Assembly (NCBI GenBank): GCA_965116925.1 | Contig: OZ220744.1 | Span: 1,056,001 to 1,120,000, forward strand | Direction: 5' to 3' | Source: Candidatus Poribacteria bacterium | Lineage (GTDB): Bacteria; Poribacteria; WGA-4E; PCPOR2b | DNA: 64,000 bases | Shown here: piece by piece, positions 48,742 through 58,548 of the stretch | How positions within the stretch are numbered: position 1 is the stretch's first letter | How the letters are laid out: every line of letters starts with the position of its first letter | Notes under the pieces: model-generated | Database searches by the model: none | Told to the model about the DNA's origin: nothing | What the model saw: only the letters and a program-made list of their open reading frames with translations | Program-made: the position numbers and the translations under genes

Positions 48742-48902
48742 TATATCTCTATCATATTTGGAAGGAATTGGGGGCTATCATTGGAATCAAGTCCAAAGAG
48801 GTTGCGCTGATTGAGCTGTTAGCCTCAGTTGCGGGGTGGTCGATTTGCGAAAAACTGAGTTTTGAATTGTCGAATCAAATGATATTGTATGAATAAATAG
48901 CT

Positions 48903-49039
48903 TAGGATTTACGCACATCGTCAGAAAATAGGTTATAATAGGAACTATGAACCCACTCCAATACACCGAATATGACTATATCAACTGTTTGATGACCACA
49001 ACCCTGACAACACCGAAAAACGGGCTAAGGCGGCTCTAG
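48903..49039 (+). mobile_element. IS701-family left end with truncated transposase start
   Basis: TAGGATTTACGCA terminus, then MNPLQYTEYDYINCL (cf. MNPP...EYDYINFL). Confidence 0.65.
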
Positions 49040-49330
49040 GCTAACGCAGGCTAATTCTCTCCAAGAGGTGTAAAAGGATCACCGACGCCTGCCATCTCAG
49101 GCAGCGACTGCCTTCAACGCTGTGCATGACAATCTGGAATCTACAATTTCCTGCTTTAGCCCAAATGAGCGAATCTCACCCGTTACTAAAGGATTATCTG
49201 CTTTTTTGTGTTGGTATTTTTTTTAGGAGTTATACGCTTCAGTAGGGAACAATTCTCGGACTTTCGGAACGGAGGCTTGAAGCGTTCAATTCCATTAGTC
49301 CTATAGCTTTAGAGAGAGGTCCTGTCCACT

Positions 49331-49792
49331 ATGCTTGATGTCGAATTCAGAACTGCTCTAAAAAAAGAACTTCCCAGGATCGTGGAACTGAAAGTTGCCA
49401 TGTTCAGAGATGCAGGAGCATCTAACCTGTTATCGAAAGATGCGTTCGATATTATCGTAGAGGACTATCGTAAACGCTATGACCGCGATGAGGCAATCCA
49501 TTTTGTCGCTGTATGTGATTCGACGATTATTGCCACGGCAGGAGCATTTCTAAAATCGGACCTGCCTTATCGTTATTTCCAAGTGCCATTTTACGGTTTT
49601 ATTGGTGATGTTTACACAGAGTCTACCTACAGAAGACAAGGGCTTGCACATCGGTTGAGCGAAATGGCGGTAGACTGGCTCAAGTCCAGAGAAGTTGCGA
49701 TGATTAAGTTGTTGACCTCTGCCGAAGGGCGGGCGATTTATGAGAAGCTGGGTTTTGAATCTTCGAATGAGATGGTGTTGTTGTGTGAATAA
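49331..49792 (+). CDS. GNAT N-acetyltransferase
   Basis: DVYT...YRRQGLA, G..IYEKLGF. Confidence 0.9.
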   Translation: MLDVEFRTALKKELPRIVELKVAMFRDAGASNLLSKDAFDIIVEDYRKRYDRDEAIHFVAVCDSTIIATAGAFLKSDLPYRYFQVPFYGFIGDVYTESTYRRQGLAHRLSEMAVDWLKSREVAMIKLLTSAEGRAIYEKLGFESSNEMVLLCE

Positions 49793-49820
49793 ACGGTTTT
49801 AGAGAAAGGATCCGCCTGCT

Positions 49821-50597
49821 ATGCTTGATGTCGAAATCATAGATCCCACTGAAGTCGAAAGAGCGGCAGCTATCTTCCACCGAGATGGATTCGTACCTAT
49901 CAAAGATGCCCTCAATCCTGAGCAGCTTGCGTATGCCCAATCGGGTGCAGCCCGCGTCATCACGCAACAGATGAGGGACATCCCACTTGAGGAGGCAAAC
50001 CGAGGGTATGCCCGCTACTCCTTCGGATCCCAACTTCATCACCCTGAGTGGGTTCAGTTGATAGATCTGCCGACTATTCTGCCGATAATAGAGGCGATTT
50101 GGGGGAGTGCAGATTACATCTGCTCTGGCGGTGGCGGCGACTACTCGACGCCCGGTGCTAAGGAGCAGCACCTACACGCCGATATCAGGGACGTTTTCAA
50201 CGATCCATTGGGCCTAGTGACAATCCACGATGTGCCAGCACCGTATATTGTTGTCAACTTCCTGATGGTCGAATTTAAGAAAATCAACGGTGCCATTCGG
50301 TTTGTACCGGGGACACATCGGACTCGGCAGCCGGTCCCGAAAATGGAAGAGGAGCCTAACCGCATGAAGGAGTCGATTATCTGTGCACCTGCCGGAACGG
50401 CACTTATCCGAGATGTGCGCTGCTGGCACGGGGGCACCGCCAATAATTCCGACGAAATCCGTCCCATGACCAGCGTTGGATATTTCGCACCTTGGTTTCG
50501 TCTCCCCAATCTAGAACCTTCGCTCCCGCGTCCGCTTTATGAAACGCTGTCTCCACGCGGCAAGGAACTGGCTCGGTTTATCGTACAGCCCGATTAA
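49821..50597 (+). CDS. PhyH family dioxygenase
   Basis: FHRDGF, QHLHAD, VPGTH, D.RCWHGG..N....R. Confidence 0.87.
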   Translation: MLDVEIIDPTEVERAAAIFHRDGFVPIKDALNPEQLAYAQSGAARVITQQMRDIPLEEANRGYARYSFGSQLHHPEWVQLIDLPTILPIIEAIWGSADYICSGGGGDYSTPGAKEQHLHADIRDVFNDPLGLVTIHDVPAPYIVVNFLMVEFKKINGAIRFVPGTHRTRQPVPKMEEEPNRMKESIICAPAGTALIRDVRCWHGGTANNSDEIRPMTSVGYFAPWFRLPNLEPSLPRPLYETLSPRGKELARFIVQPD

Positions 50598-50659
50598 CGT
50601 CTATTGTTGGCTCGTATTTGGATTTGCTCTCAAGCGATTCAGAAAAAGGAGACTGACCA

Positions 50660-51715
50660 ATGAACGCTTTTGATCTACGGCAACTGCCCGGCGCATCCGA
50701 AGTGTATCTCTGCCACGACGAAGGCTACTTTCCGGTCCTCATCAATCCACAAAGCGCAGAAATTCTCGCTGTCCTGCGGGGAGGTGCGGGACACGTAGGT
50801 ATCACCGGACGGTTGGATGCGGTGCGCTCGTTAGATGGCGGTAAAACGTGGAAGATGCCGATTGTTATCGTGGATACCGAAGTAGATGACCGCAATCCGG
50901 CGGTCGGTCAAGCCCCCGATGGAACAGTTATCCTTGCTTACCATGCACAAGGCTCCTATAATGAAGATGGGAGTTGGTCGAGAGATTTGCGCCGTGTCCA
51001 AATGCGGATTACGCGGTCACACGATGGCGGTGCAACATGGGAAGCGTCTCAACCGCTCAACTTCACGCCGATGGAAAAACACTCTGCTTATGGCCGTATC
51101 TGTACCTTGACCGACGGAACAATGCTCCTGCCGATCTATGGGACTGCTATTGGAGAAACTGAGCGGACGGAGGACTGTGCTTACATCTTGCGTTCACGCG
51201 ACAACGGGCAAACGTGGGGAGATCCCACTTTGATTGCTGCAGGCTACAACGAAACAGGACTCATCGCGTTGCCTAACGGCGATTTGGTGGCTGCCATGCG
51301 CTCCGGCGATCAGCGCGCCCTTTTAGCGGTGTCCCGTTCCGCCGATGGCGGTGCAACATGGACGGAGCCAATCCCTGTGACTAATGACCGCGAGCACCCC
51401 GCCGATTTGACGCTGCTTTCCAACGGCTGGCTCCTCCTATTCTTTGGTGTACGGCATAAGCCGTTTGGTGTGGGTGCACTCGTCAGCAAAGATAATGGGC
51501 GAACTTGGGATGAACGGAGATTAATCGTTTGTGACGATCTTGGTGACAATGATTTGGGCTATCCTTCCACAGTTAAACTAGATGACCGCCTCGTGACAGC
51601 GTACTACAGCGCACCGCGACGGTGGGATGAACCGGACTTTCGTGGTGAAGGTACTTTTGCCCGTGCGTTGCTTTACAGCGAAAGCGCGCTGTTACAGCGA
51701 TTGCGTAAAACCTGA
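50660..51715 (+). CDS. BNR/Asp-box (sialidase-like) protein
   Basis: Five SxDxGxTW boxes, DDRNP, NE, GYP. Confidence 0.82.
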   Translation: MNAFDLRQLPGASEVYLCHDEGYFPVLINPQSAEILAVLRGGAGHVGITGRLDAVRSLDGGKTWKMPIVIVDTEVDDRNPAVGQAPDGTVILAYHAQGSYNEDGSWSRDLRRVQMRITRSHDGGATWEASQPLNFTPMEKHSAYGRICTLTDGTMLLPIYGTAIGETERTEDCAYILRSRDNGQTWGDPTLIAAGYNETGLIALPNGDLVAAMRSGDQRALLAVSRSADGGATWTEPIPVTNDREHPADLTLLSNGWLLLFFGVRHKPFGVGALVSKDNGRTWDERRLIVCDDLGDNDLGYPSTVKLDDRLVTAYYSAPRRWDEPDFRGEGTFARALLYSESALLQRLRKT

Positions 51716-51772
51716 GAGTAGACAAGTTGCTATCTGTTACCCCGCTTGAGCAAAGGCAAGGAGGGTTGCAAG

Positions 51773-53824
51773 ATGAAAGACCAAGAAAAGACAAAGGTGC
51801 AACTCATAGATGAGTTAGAGGCGATGCGTCAGCGTGTCACCGAATTAGAACAGGTGGAGACGCGGTATAAGGGTACTTTAGAGAGTTTGGAACAGTCGGG
51901 AAGAACCTACTACGATCTCTATGATAACGCGCCGGATATGTTTGTCTTCGTAGATGCGAAGACAGCTAACATTATTCGATGCAACCAGACGGTAGTCCAG
52001 ACGTTGGGCTACACGAGAGAAGAGATCATCGGTCATTCTATCTTCGAGAGGTATCATCCAGATTGTATAGAGGATGCACACAAGGTATTCCAATCCTTTG
52101 TCGAGACTGGTGAAGTCCATGATGCTGAACTTGTGTTGAAACGCAAAGATGGGGGTAGACTTGATGTGAGCTTGAACACTTCATCGGTTCGCGATGAAGA
52201 GGGAAATGTTCTCTACGGTAGATCGGTGTGGCGCAACATCACCCGGCGTAAACAGGCGCAAAAGGCACTCAGGCGGAGTGAAACGCGATACCGCACCCTT
52301 TTTGGTGAATCAAGAGATACCGTTTATATGAATACCCGCGAGGGGAAAATCCTCGATATCAATCAGGCGGGGGTAGATCTTCTTGGCTATCCCCGCGATC
52401 AGCTAATCGGAATGAATGTCCGAAAGCTGTACGTCCATCCCGAAGAGCGAAGTGTGTTTCAACGGGAGATTGAGCGACAGGGATCGGTGAGAGACTATGA
52501 GTTAAAATTCCGGAGGAAGGATGGAACGCAGATAGACTGTCTGGTCACTTCAACGGTGCGGCGGACAGTCAACGGAACAATAGTAGGATACCAAGGTATT
52601 ATCCGCGACATCACCGAGCAGATGAAAGCAGAAAAGGCACTCCACGAAAGCGAGCAGCGATTCCGCCAACTGGCAGAAAATCTGCGCGAAGTCTTCTGGT
52701 TGAGTTCTCTGGATAGCAGACAAATCTATTTTATCAATCCTGCGTATGAGGAGATTTGGGGGCGAAGCCGAGAAAGTCTGATATCGCAGCCGGAGTCTTG
52801 GCTAGAAACGATTCACCCAGAAGATCGGGAGGAGGTCCTTGCCAACCTTGAGAAACAGAGCCGTGGCGAATTCGTTGAATATGAGTATCGCATTGTGCGC
52901 CCTGATGGTGAAATTCGTTGGATCGAAGCCCATGTTTTTCCAGTGCGAAACGAAGAGGGAGAGATTTACCGATGTGCAGGGAGTGCACAAGAAATTACCA
53001 AACGCAAACGAGCAGAGGCGTTAGCAGAATCTCAGCAACAGCAGTTAATTCAGGCGGATAAAATGGCGTCGCTCGGTATCCTAGTCTCCGGCGTCGCACA
53101 TGAAATCAATAACCCGAATAACTTCATCATGCTCAACGGAGAGATCCTCTCCATGGCTTGGCAAAATGTGATGCCAATTCTCCAAAAGTACTATGAAGAG
53201 AATGGTGATTTTCTTCTGGCGGGTATGCCTTACACCCGAGCACACGAGAAAATTGGTCAATTGATTTCGGGGATATCGGAGGGTGCCGCGCGCATTGGTA
53301 AAATTGTTGAGGCATTGGGCGGTTTTGCACGTCAGGATGCAGGCGATTTGGATCAGTCGGTTGACCCCAACGCGGTTGTCGAATCTGCGATGGTTATTGT
53401 GAACAATCTGATTAGGAAGTCGACTCACCATCCGTCCGTGGAGTTGGCAGAAAATCTGCCCAAAATTCGGGGGAACCAACAGCAGCTTGAACAGGTTATC
53501 ATCAATTTGATCACCAATTCCTGCCAAGCCCTGCAATCTCCCCAACAATCTCTGTTTGTTTCAACGTCGTATAGTGAAACCTCTGACCTGATTACCATCA
53601 GGGTGCGAGATGAGGGAGAAGGGATCCCTCCTGAAAACCTGAATCACATTATTGAGCCCTTTTTCACGACCAAGCGGGACGCCGGGGGCACAGGTCTAGG
53701 TCTGTCGGTTTCTTATAATATCGTGAAAAACCATGGTGGACATCTACATTTCACTTCAAGATTTGGCAAAGGCACAACCGCCACTGTCATGCTACCCGTT
53801 TCTCGCCGAACTATGCTGGGGTAA
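51773..53824 (+). CDS. Cytoplasmic triple-PAS sensor histidine kinase
   Basis: Three PAS/PAC domains, GVAHEINNP H-box, N-box, DEGEG, PFFTTK, GTGLGL; no TM segment. Confidence 0.95.
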   Translation: MKDQEKTKVQLIDELEAMRQRVTELEQVETRYKGTLESLEQSGRTYYDLYDNAPDMFVFVDAKTANIIRCNQTVVQTLGYTREEIIGHSIFERYHPDCIEDAHKVFQSFVETGEVHDAELVLKRKDGGRLDVSLNTSSVRDEEGNVLYGRSVWRNITRRKQAQKALRRSETRYRTLFGESRDTVYMNTREGKILDINQAGVDLLGYPRDQLIGMNVRKLYVHPEERSVFQREIERQGSVRDYELKFRRKDGTQIDCLVTSTVRRTVNGTIVGYQGIIRDITEQMKAEKALHESEQRFRQLAENLREVFWLSSLDSRQIYFINPAYEEIWGRSRESLISQPESWLETIHPEDREEVLANLEKQSRGEFVEYEYRIVRPDGEIRWIEAHVFPVRNEEGEIYRCAGSAQEITKRKRAEALAESQQQQLIQADKMASLGILVSGVAHEINNPNNFIMLNGEILSMAWQNVMPILQKYYEENGDFLLAGMPYTRAHEKIGQLISGISEGAARIGKIVEALGGFARQDAGDLDQSVDPNAVVESAMVIVNNLIRKSTHHPSVELAENLPKIRGNQQQLEQVIINLITNSCQALQSPQQSLFVSTSYSETSDLITIRVRDEGEGIPPENLNHIIEPFFTTKRDAGGTGLGLSVSYNIVKNHGGHLHFTSRFGKGTTATVMLPVSRRTMLG

Positions 53825-53837
53825 TCGTTAATTTTTC

Positions 53838-54059
53838 GGTTCATGTTAAGAAATCGCGCACCAGCAACCAATTTGGTTCATTAGTACATCGCTCATGTTA
53901 AGATTTAGTGCAAAGAAACCGAATATTCGTAGGGGTTGGGTCCCCCAACCCTTACGGCGGGCGGGGAGACCCCGCCCCTACGATTTCGCTTCGTGTTTTG
54001 CACTTTCTTTTTACATGAGCCTAGTACATTAGTTCATTTTTCACGTTTCACGCTCTTTT
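53838..54059 (-). mobile_element. Truncated MITE (same family as 48125) interrupted by a nested copy
   Basis: GGTTCATGTTAAGAAATC end, GTTCATTA octamers, TTTCACG heptamers. Confidence 0.65.
53890..54021 (-). mobile_element. Nested 132-bp MITE with 8-bp target-site duplication TAGTACAT, carrying a GTAG REP doublet
   Basis: CGCTCATGTTAAG...TTTACATGAGCC flanked by TAGTACAT at 53882-53889 and 54022-54029; inner CGTAGGGG...CCCCTACG at 53928-53982. Confidence 0.82.
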
Positions 54060-54076
54060 GGAATGGAGATGAGCGC

Positions 54077-55519
54077 ATGAATACAACCCCTTTCCCTGCC
54101 CTCCCTGTTTTACTAGTAGATGACGAAGCACAATTCCTCTTCAGCGCGAGTTTAAGTCTGAACTCGGAGGGCATTGATAATGTCATACAGTGCCAAGATA
54201 GCCGTGATGTATTATCGATCCTCTCCGAACGGGACTTTTCCGTCGTTGTGTTGGATATGCTGATGCCCCATCTATCCGGTTGGGATCTACTCCCAACAAT
54301 TGTGCGAGATTTCCCAGACATCCCGGTCATCATCATCACGGCGGTCAATGAGGTCAAAACAGCCGTTGATTGTATGAAGGAAGGAACTTTCGATTACTTG
54401 GTAAAACCTGTGGACAAGGCGCGTCTGGTAACGACGGTTCAGCGGGCGATAGAGGTTAGGGAGTTACGCGATGAGAACACGCGTCTCAAGGACTATCTGC
54501 TTTCCGACAAGCTAGAGCAGCCTGATGTGTTCTCGGAAATTATCACCCAAAACCCTGTCATGCGATCTATCTTTCAATATATTGAGGCGATCGCCGAAAA
54601 TGCGTTGCCAGTGCTAATCACCGGCGAGACCGGCGTGGGTAAAGAATTGGTTGCCAAAGCCCTTCACCGACTTGGTGGACGGACCGGTGACTTGGTTACA
54701 GTCAATGTGGCGGGACTGGACGACCACCTATTTGCAGATACCCTCTTTGGGCACAAAAAGGGAGCGTTTACTGGAGCGGATGCTGCGCGCGACGGACTAG
54801 TTGAGCAGGCGTCCGGGGGGACACTGTTTCTGGATGAGATAGGAGATCTCAGGATAGAATCGCAGGTTAAGTTACTCCGCCTTTTGCAGGAAGGGAAGTA
54901 TTATCCGTTGGGCGAGGATGTCCCAAAATTGACCGATGCGCGGATTACCGTCGCAACAAATCGGGATATTGATGCCTTAATGAAAGCGGAAACGTTTCGC
55001 AGAGACTTGTATTATCGACTCCAAACGCATCATATTCACGTGCCACCGCTTCGTGACCGACAGGAGGATTTGCCTCTACTAGTTGAACATTTCCTTGATA
55101 AAGCGGCGAAGCAGTTTGATAGAAACAAGCCCACGCTTCCCGCAGAATTTTTTACGTTGCTTGGAGTCTATCACTTCCCCGGAAATATCCGGGAGCTTGA
55201 GAGCATGATTTTTGATGCTGTCAGCAGACATAAGCGGGGAGTGCTTTCTATGGAATCCTTCAAAGCCAAGATCGGTAACCCCAACCTGCCTAGTCAAGTA
55301 AACAAAGCGGGGAATGGCCGAGAGAATACGTGTCCGTTCACAGATGTATTACCAACTTTAGATCAATTACCCGCCTTAAAAGATGCTGAACAGCTGCTGA
55401 TTGCAGAAGCACTCAAACGTTCCGACGGAAACCAAACCATTGCCGCCCAACTTTTGGGGATGTCGAGACAAGCGTTGCATAACCGTTTGCGTCGTGCTAG
55501 CAAGTCTGTAGCACAGTGA
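54077..55519 (+). CDS. Sigma54-dependent NtrC-family response regulator
   Basis: REC (LLVDDE, LDM.MP, YLVKP), [27 protein letters not shown], Fis-type HTH. Confidence 0.96.
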   Translation: MNTTPFPALPVLLVDDEAQFLFSASLSLNSEGIDNVIQCQDSRDVLSILSERDFSVVVLDMLMPHLSGWDLLPTIVRDFPDIPVIIITAVNEVKTAVDCMKEGTFDYLVKPVDKARLVTTVQRAIEVRELRDENTRLKDYLLSDKLEQPDVFSEIITQNPVMRSIFQYIEAIAENALPVLITGETGVGKELVAKALHRLGGRTGDLVTVNVAGLDDHLFADTLFGHKKGAFTGADAARDGLVEQASGGTLFLDEIGDLRIESQVKLLRLLQEGKYYPLGEDVPKLTDARITVATNRDIDALMKAETFRRDLYYRLQTHHIHVPPLRDRQEDLPLLVEHFLDKAAKQFDRNKPTLPAEFFTLLGVYHFPGNIRELESMIFDAVSRHKRGVLSMESFKAKIGNPNLPSQVNKAGNGRENTCPFTDVLPTLDQLPALKDAEQLLIAEALKRSDGNQTIAAQLLGMSRQALHNRLRRASKSVAQ

Positions 55520-55632
55520 GGCCAGCTATCAAGCTTATGTCGGTAATGCAGTATTCGGTGTAACGTTTGTCGAAAGTCGTTCCCCACTGTAAATATCCAT
55601 CCATTCTCCGACGACCGCCACCTCCGCGGATT

Positions 55633-56451
55633 CTAATCTCCGTCGTAGTCGTGGTTATCTTCTGCACGGTCTTGCGGCACATATCCCACCTTCCGACGAG
55701 CGTTCTCAATATCCACCCAGCGTAAATCGTTGTTTGACATACCGTAGAAAATCTCAAATCGTAAGCTATCATCGGCGTTGATGCACCGCTCGATAATCTG
55801 AACAATGTCCCGCTGGCTCACGTAGATGTCGGCGCCCTGCGGTGGGCGGGGACGGTCGCGCTCAACTTGACCGATGCGAACGCAGATACACGACATATCG
55901 TACTGATGTGCGTAGGTACGTGCTAAAGACTCTGTCCAAACTTTCGTTGAACCGTAGATACCTCTGGGCTCTGCGGGTATGTCCGGCGTAATCATCTGAA
56001 CGTCGTTGGGGATGTCGGTGTGTCGCCGTTCCATCATCGCCCTATACGGTTCGCTCTCACGATGTCCTTGGGACACCATAATACTGCTAGCGGCGACGAT
56101 TCGCCGAACCCTAGCCTCCCGGCACGCTTCAAAGACGTTATAAGTCCCGATGATGTTGTTGTGCAGTAGGCTCTTCCAATCTCCACTGCCCGGATCAGCG
56201 GCGAGATGTGCAACAATATCGATGTCTTCAACAGCCTGTCGGACCTGCTCAAAATCGGAGATGTTGCACAGTTGGAATTTATCGTCGGGAATCTCCAGCG
56301 TCCATGATTCGGGAACCCGCTCAGACGGTTTGCGTTTCCGGTCAAGGGCATAGGCATCGTATCTGTCCGGTTGTTCAAGCAGTCGTTTATATGTCATGTA
56401 GCCGATCTGCCCAGTTGCACCTGTGACCAGCACTTTCTTCAGTGAACTCAT
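55633..56451 (-). CDS. NAD-dependent epimerase/dehydratase (paralog of 37290..38048)
   Basis: VTGATGQIG, HLAA, YGSTK, CVRIG. Confidence 0.85.
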   Translation of the reverse strand: MSSLKKVLVTGATGQIGYMTYKRLLEQPDRYDAYALDRKRKPSERVPESWTLEIPDDKFQLCNISDFEQVRQAVEDIDIVAHLAADPGSGDWKSLLHNNIIGTYNVFEACREARVRRIVAASSIMVSQGHRESEPYRAMMERRHTDIPNDVQMITPDIPAEPRGIYGSTKVWTESLARTYAHQYDMSCICVRIGQVERDRPRPPQGADIYVSQRDIVQIIERCINADDSLRFEIFYGMSNNDLRWVDIENARRKVGYVPQDRAEDNHDYDGD

Positions 56452-56482
56452 GTATTTCTTTTCCCTTTTTCTTTTTTTGGAT

Positions 56483-57328
56483 TCAATGTGGTTTGCCCAA
56501 GTTCGCCGGTGGGTTTGCTTTGCCAATCACGCCGACAAGCACGATCATCGTGAGTAGATAGGGTAGGCTGTTCAGTAACTGGGGTGGGATGTTCCAGCGA
56601 TTGGCGAGTTCCAACGCGCCTGCGAATCCGAAAAGCAGGCAAGCAGCACCGGCTCCGAGGGGTTTCCACTTACCAAAAATGACCGCTGCCAATGCGACGT
56701 ATCCACGTCCGGCGGTCATTCCCTTTGTAAAATAGTGTGCCTCAGATGCCAAAAGACACCCGCCGATGCCAGCGAGGATGCCGCTGATAACTACACCGAT
56801 ATATTGCTGTCTTGACCGACTGAGTCCGAGGGCATCCAACGCCTCAGTGGACTCACCCGCTGCACATAAGCGTAGCCCCCACACTGTCTTAAACAACGCA
56901 ATCTGACTGATAACCACAAGGATAAGGGTCAGGTATACAACGAACGAATACGATCCGATTAGCGGCAAATCCCAATGGCTCAAGCCCTCTACCCGCCGGG
57001 AGGTTGCGGTGCGTCCAAGAAACTCTGTGATGCCGATTGCTAAGAGGTTGATCGACACCCCGCTAACAATCTGATCCGCTCGGAACGTGATAGATGCGAG
57101 GGCGTGGAGCAGCCCCATCCCGCCGCCGCAAGTGATGCCAAGAACCAATCCGATCCATGGGGAAGCAGAGGCGTGCGTTCCAATTACATAGCCAAACGCA
57201 CCCATGAGCATCATGCCTTCGAGTCCGATGTTCACCACGCCAGACCGTTCCGAGTAGACGCCGCCAAGTGCTGCCAAAGCCAACGGCGCGGACATACGAA
57301 CCGTCATCGGGATGAGCTCAAAAAGCAT
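56483..57328 (-). CDS. ABC transporter permease (nucleoside/BMP type)
   Basis: SERSGVVNIGLEG, AAGE, GRGYVALAAVIFGKW, LPY. Confidence 0.9.
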   Translation of the reverse strand: MLFELIPMTVRMSAPLALAALGGVYSERSGVVNIGLEGMMLMGAFGYVIGTHASASPWIGLVLGITCGGGMGLLHALASITFRADQIVSGVSINLLAIGITEFLGRTATSRRVEGLSHWDLPLIGSYSFVVYLTLILVVISQIALFKTVWGLRLCAAGESTEALDALGLSRSRQQYIGVVISGILAGIGGCLLASEAHYFTKGMTAGRGYVALAAVIFGKWKPLGAGAACLLFGFAGALELANRWNIPPQLLNSLPYLLTMIVLVGVIGKANPPANLGKPH

Positions 57329-57370
57329 TATAGCAATTTCCTCTGATGATGCAAAAAATCTCAGACCACC

Positions 57371-57438
57371 GTAGGTTGGGTTGAACGATAGTGAAACCCA
57401 ACACCAATCAACCAATCACGTTTCACGCATCACGTTTG
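57371..57438 (+). repeat. GTAG REP hairpin followed by TCACG heptamer repeats
   Basis: GTAGGTTGGGTTGAACGATAGTGAAACCCAAC then atcacgtttcacgcatcacgttt. Confidence 0.7.
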
Positions 57439-57441
57439 ACA

Positions 57442-58479
57442 TCATTGACACAGATGCACCTTGACTGCGCCGGAACGCTTGTCGGCAGAAATTCTGAAGC
57501 CTTCAGCGACCTCCATCAGTGGGAGCCGATGGGTTACGAGTGCTGTTGCATCAACTTTTCCTGAAGAGATTAGCTCGATGGCAGCATCAAAATCGGTGTC
57601 CATTCCGGTGTAGCCGTAACAGTTAGAACCGGTGACAATCGCTTCCGACCCGACGATGCGTCCCAAATTCACCTTTAGTGGCTCGTAATATCCTGCGACG
57701 AGGACGACATACCCACAACTTCGGACCATCGCCATCGCAGCGTCGAAGTTGTGTCCGCCACCGACAGTTTCAATAACGGCGTCCAGCCCACGACCGCCTG
57801 TGATGTCCTTTACATACTCATCGGGATCTGTCTCACCGATGTTGACCACATGATCAGCACCGAGTTTCTTTGCGAGTTCCGCTTGATGGTCATACTTGAC
57901 GGTGATTAGTGTTTCCTTTACACCTGCTGCTACCGCTGCTGCCAAAGCGAATTGTCCGATGGTTCCGCCGCCAATAATTGCGACCCTGTCCTGATAGGTT
58001 GCCCGCGCCTGTCCGATAGCACGGTACGAAACAGCAAGCGGTTCCACCAGAGCCCCTTCCTCAAAACTCATACTGTCCGGCAGTTTGAACAAGCCCGAAG
58101 CGTGGGCGGTGGTATACTCCGAAAAGCCACCGTGTGTATTTTGAGAAACCCATTTCCGTTCTAGACAGTGGTTGTAGTAGCCTTTCCCACAATAGACACA
58201 ATCCCCACAGTGCGAGAAACATTCAATGGTAACCTTATCGCCCGGTTGGAGTGTCGTAACACCTTCGCCAAGCTCAACAACAACTCCGCACGTTTCATGT
58301 CCCGCGGCGAGGCTATCGGATTGACCCCAGTGCCCAAAATAGCTATGGAGATCGCTGCCACAAATACCTGTGCACTTGGTGTCGATCATAACATACCCCG
58401 GTTCAGGGGATTTTTTCTCTACCTCTTGGATATCTATCTGTTCGATACCTGAATAAATTGCTGCCTTCATTGTGCTCAT
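57442..58479 (-). CDS. Zn-dependent alcohol/sugar dehydrogenase (MDR)
   Basis: GICGSD, GHE, C..C..C.......C, EPL, GGGTIG. Confidence 0.93.
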   Translation of the reverse strand: MSTMKAAIYSGIEQIDIQEVEKKSPEPGYVMIDTKCTGICGSDLHSYFGHWGQSDSLAAGHETCGVVVELGEGVTTLQPGDKVTIECFSHCGDCVYCGKGYYNHCLERKWVSQNTHGGFSEYTTAHASGLFKLPDSMSFEEGALVEPLAVSYRAIGQARATYQDRVAIIGGGTIGQFALAAAVAAGVKETLITVKYDHQAELAKKLGADHVVNIGETDPDEYVKDITGGRGLDAVIETVGGGHNFDAAMAMVRSCGYVVLVAGYYEPLKVNLGRIVGSEAIVTGSNCYGYTGMDTDFDAAIELISSGKVDATALVTHRLPLMEVAEGFRISADKRSGAVKVHLCQ

Positions 58480-58504
58480 AACAGTTTCTCCCTCGATTCC
58501 ACAA

Positions 58505-58532
58505 GTAGGGAACGCAGATCTGCGTTCCCTAC
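58505..58532. repeat. 28-bp REP-like palindrome, copy 3
   Basis: Identical to the copy at 5344. Confidence 0.9.
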
Positions 58533-58548
58533 CATTGCCCGTTACCCT

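Noticed and set aside
48690..48742. Riboswitch or terminator at CCCCCG...CGGGGGTTTTC
   Set aside because: Better explained as antisense IS1595 transposase coding sequence; no full riboswitch consensus
53936..54076. N-terminal extension of the NtrC regulator in the ORF track
   Set aside because: It is translated MITE/REP sequence; the RBS supports ATG 54077. Similar over-extended starts were trimmed for other genes.
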